From: Mobula birostris
Lineage: Eukaryota
DNA: 64,000 nt
Assembly: GCF_030028105.1 (NCBI RefSeq)
Contig: NC_092384.1
Location: 17,677,629-17,741,628, forward strand
Direction of reading: 5' to 3'
This document shows, in pieces, positions 60,781-64,000 of this stretch. Numbering within the stretch: the stretch's first letter is position 1; each line of letters begins with the position of its first letter. The notes under the pieces are model-generated. The model had not been told where the DNA came from, ran no database searches, and worked only from the letters and a program-made list of their open reading frames with translations. Made by a program: the position numbers and the translations under genes.

Positions 60781-61290
60781 GGAACTCAGGAAGGGTTTTA
60801 TGCCGCGTCGGGTACGGACAGTGTTACAATGAAAAATTTGTTTCTCTTGATAATTTCCTTCAGGGTTTGGTTATAAAAGTTTGACTAATAAACTACTGCT
60901 TAATGTCTGGATTTCAAAACAGAAAGGAAAATGATGAACAAGACCGGTTTGAACTACAAGTACATTCCCTCGGACGTCGTCATGCATGTGTCTCCGGTAC
61001 AATGTGTGATTTTGGATTCTGAGTATTGATGACAAATAGAACAATATATGGTTGCGTATTCGGCCTATTACTTCAGCAATTTCCATATAATTTAAACGCT
61101 TACGTTTCATGAAACAAAAGCATATAATGTGAAACCTTCATAAATTTATTCCAGTGACAGATTTCAGTCTGTTGTGTTTTTTTTTCAAAGAAGACCTGAA
61201 GATCGTTACTCGCTGCCGTGACCAGTTCGCGCGAAAAACTCAGCGAAAAGCAACAACAAAGGTTGTCTGTGATAAAAATATATTCCGGGT
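60780..61290 (-). pseudogene. Possible relic leader/intron/5' V-exon region of copy 3
   Basis: Patchy similarity to the leader-V intron and V acceptor of the intact gene (TTCATCATTTTCCTTTCTGTTTTG vs TTCATCATTCTCACTTATGCTTTG). Candidate exon start at 60906 runs into stops and abuts a TE at about 60780. Confidence 0.35.
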
Positions 61291-63629
61291 ATAGGATGTT
61301 GATTACATAAAGAGAGAGCTTAGAGTTTAAACAGCAAGTTATTCACTTTAATGATGACAGAGATTCAAGAGGTACTGCGATAAAATCTGTAAAGTGCGCA
61401 TCGAGGAATCCCCAAATTATTGATGGCAATACCGAAGCTCAATTTTAAATTCAATAAACACGAGCAGTTCCATTAACGGAAATGCTGCTCTTTCAAATGT
61501 CTCCTACAGTTCCACAAAGTGAACAGGAGACAACAGGATAGACTTTCGAGCAAAAATTTTAACTCGATACAGAAGAAAAGGGTTAACATGCACCCATGTG
61601 TCTAACCTGGCAGGCCATAAATTGTTATCCATTTATAAAATGACAACACGGAATATTCAAAAGCATCTTGGTTGGCAATGAAACAATACTGAGCTTCCAC
61701 GTGCTTCCTACGAACGGAGTTAAGATTCTGATTACCATGTTAAACGCCTTGACATTTTGAGCAGTTACATTTCCGAATTTCCACGCAGCGGTGGGGATGC
61801 TATGCCTTTTTTCATAGAAGCTTTGTCACCATGATTAAATTGTATTTCCTGTCCTCTCAGATCTGAAATTATGTAGCTGCTTGGGGCGCAAAGTTGGTCA
61901 TAGGTAACACACATTGTGTCTATTGGATCCCACGAGACGTAATTGAGGTCTGTTTGTTTAGCCAGGAGAGGATATTGACATTGTGAGCCTCATCGTGCTG
62001 TGGATCTGGATGAACAGAAAGAGACAATTCTGATGAGAGAGAGCTTAGTTTTACGTTACAGGTAATTTGTGATGCCGAATGCAAAAATGTGTCTGCGCCA
62101 GAAAACACTATTTCCAGAAGGCAAGTTTTCTGTTGAGATTTCTGCCTTGACCTTCAGATATACCAAAGGTGAGAGTACTGTGATTAGTTCGCAGCGAACC
62201 ACTCTCTGTTCTCCATTCGTGCATTCTTCATGGTGTGTAAGAATGGAGCAGTAACTTGGACCGATTAATAAGCACTTAAAAACAAGCTGGCTGATAAAAA
62301 TTGTCTCGTTTGAGCCCGGTTGGAATTGTCGGGGGTAGCTCTCGGGTGACAATTTAATAAGACTGCCGATACAATTTTAGTTTTAAACCCTACATCTCTT
62401 TATTTTCACCAGCATATATTTGTTCAGCGTTAGCTGGGGCGGGGAATAATAGGAATGTATAAGACATTTTGTTCTTTTTATGTATTTAATTTCCTAGCTT
62501 TTTTTAATTTCAAATGTCTGAATACATGACAATCTCAGAAAAATCAAGACATTTTTAAATGTCAAGCACAGCTCTGGTTAGGCCAAATGATTGACTGTAA
62601 ATCTAGATTTCTAATTTGTGAGACAATTTTGTCGACTGGACGAGGTAATCCTTTACAATATCGCGCCTTTAAATGTTTCTGTCTTCAATACTAACATATT
62701 GCGAAACGTTTTCAACAAGTTCTTTTAGGATGGATGTTTCAACTGAATGTTCATTATTCTTTAATAGATAATAGGGAGCTGAATTGGAGTTAGTTGACTG
62801 CAAAATTAAAGCTACCGTTTGATACTACTGTGTGGAAGTCATAGGAAACACTCAGCAGCCAGGCAGAGTCTTCAGAGAGAAATAGTGTGAAGATCTTCAG
62901 CTGATAATTTTTTACTAGGTCATGAAGAGAAATTACGTGTATTTTCCCCTTTTCATAGAATGTTCCCGATTTTTTTCTGGTTAATTTTGGATTGCAAACA
63001 ACTGCAATGCACTTTGCCATTAATTACCCTGCTCTCCAATTAATGATGTAACTTGATATGAGCCCGACACATAGCGACAAGACCTCACTTCCCCATTCAT
63101 TTAAGTCTTTAAAATTATTGTGGAAACCTTTAGATCAAGAGACAACTCTCGACATCTCTACTTCATATAACGTTGTCTGCCTGTTACCTGTCCTTTAACA
63201 CTGCTTTTAATATAACAACCGACCAGTGCAGCACAGGAATAGCACCTTCGGCGAAGCTGTCTGTCGTGAACACGATGTCAAATTGAACTAAATGTCAACT
63301 AGCTGCGGTCCCTCATTTAATTAATCAGAAAGGAAAATGCGTTCCCACGAAATCGGTTTAATCTGTAAAGTAGTTGGTTCCAGATTCAATGCTCTCAGAT
63401 ATTAGCTATTGAGCTGTTTTTAACAACTGTTTTTTTTTATATTTATTTCCATAATAAACATAACACAGAAACAGGAAATATAGACGTTGCAGCACAAACT
63501 GAGAAACATCTAGCTGACAGAAGGAGGATATCAAATAAGTCACCAAAATTAAACTTATTGACCTACTCTTAAACGTCAAATGTGAAAACTCGAGCTGTCT
63601 GCTACATACAGTTTTCAGAAAGCCATTGA

Positions 63630-64000
63630 ACCATGGACCCATAGAAAATTACAACTCAAAAACAGGCCTTTTGGCCCTTCTTGGCTGTGCCGAACCATTT
63701 TTCTGCCTAGTCCCACTGACTGCACCTGGACCATGTCCCTCCATCACCTCTCATCCATGTACCTGTCCAAGTTTATCTTCAATGTTAAAACTGAGCCCGC
63801 ATTTACCACTTCATCTGGCAGCTCATTCCACACTCCCACCACTCTCTGTGTGAAGAAGCCCCTCCCCAATGTTCCATTTAAACTTTTCCCCCCTCACCCT
63901 TAACCCATGCCCTCTGTCTTTTATTCTCTCCTAGCCTCAGTGGAAAACGCGTGCTTGCATTCACTCTGTCTATACCCATCATAATTTTATATACCTCTAT
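63630..64000 (-). mobile_element. CR1 3' end (runs off the window)
   Basis: Near-identical to 55082-55450. Confidence 0.9.

Noticed and set aside
61920-63020. ORFs at 61920-62352 and 62790-63020 as the V exon of copy 3
   Set aside because: No Cys-Trp-YxC arrangement in any frame examined.
1-64000. CRISPR arrays, operons or other prokaryotic systems
   Set aside because: The sequence is intron-containing vertebrate DNA; its repeats are TE copies and microsatellites, not repeat-spacer arrays.

Overview
Vertebrate genomic DNA, most likely a cartilaginous fish (inferred from the CR1/Penelope/SINE repeat landscape), with a 151-N gap at 64-214. Most of the window is transposon-derived: nested CR1 LINEs, an L1-clade LINE, Penelope-like GIY-YIG fragments, a Helitron, Gypsy/LTR pieces, an ERV gag remnant, a Tc1 element and tRNA-derived SINEs. 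Embedded on the minus strand is a tandem array of three paralogous immunoglobulin-superfamily genes. The middle copy (CDS 39665->30617) splices cleanly from six coding exons: leader, V domain with a germline-joined J-like motif, C1-set domain, uncharged TM, short linker, and a tail with two ITIMs. It gives a predicted 347-aa, non-rearranging, antigen-receptor-like inhibitory receptor. The flanking copies are decayed. The right copy has a frameshifted C1 exon (58213-58498) and a TM exon whose acceptor reads TG instead of AG (57539-57646). The left copy survives only as a broken C1 exon (6057-6344). Upstream non-coding DNA is also duplicated (about 21.8-26.1 kb vs 40.4-45.4 kb; about 28.95-29.2 kb vs 48.96-49.2 kb), so the unit of duplication is roughly 20 kb. 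All translations and alignments were done by eye; TE boundaries are approximate unless stated as exact.
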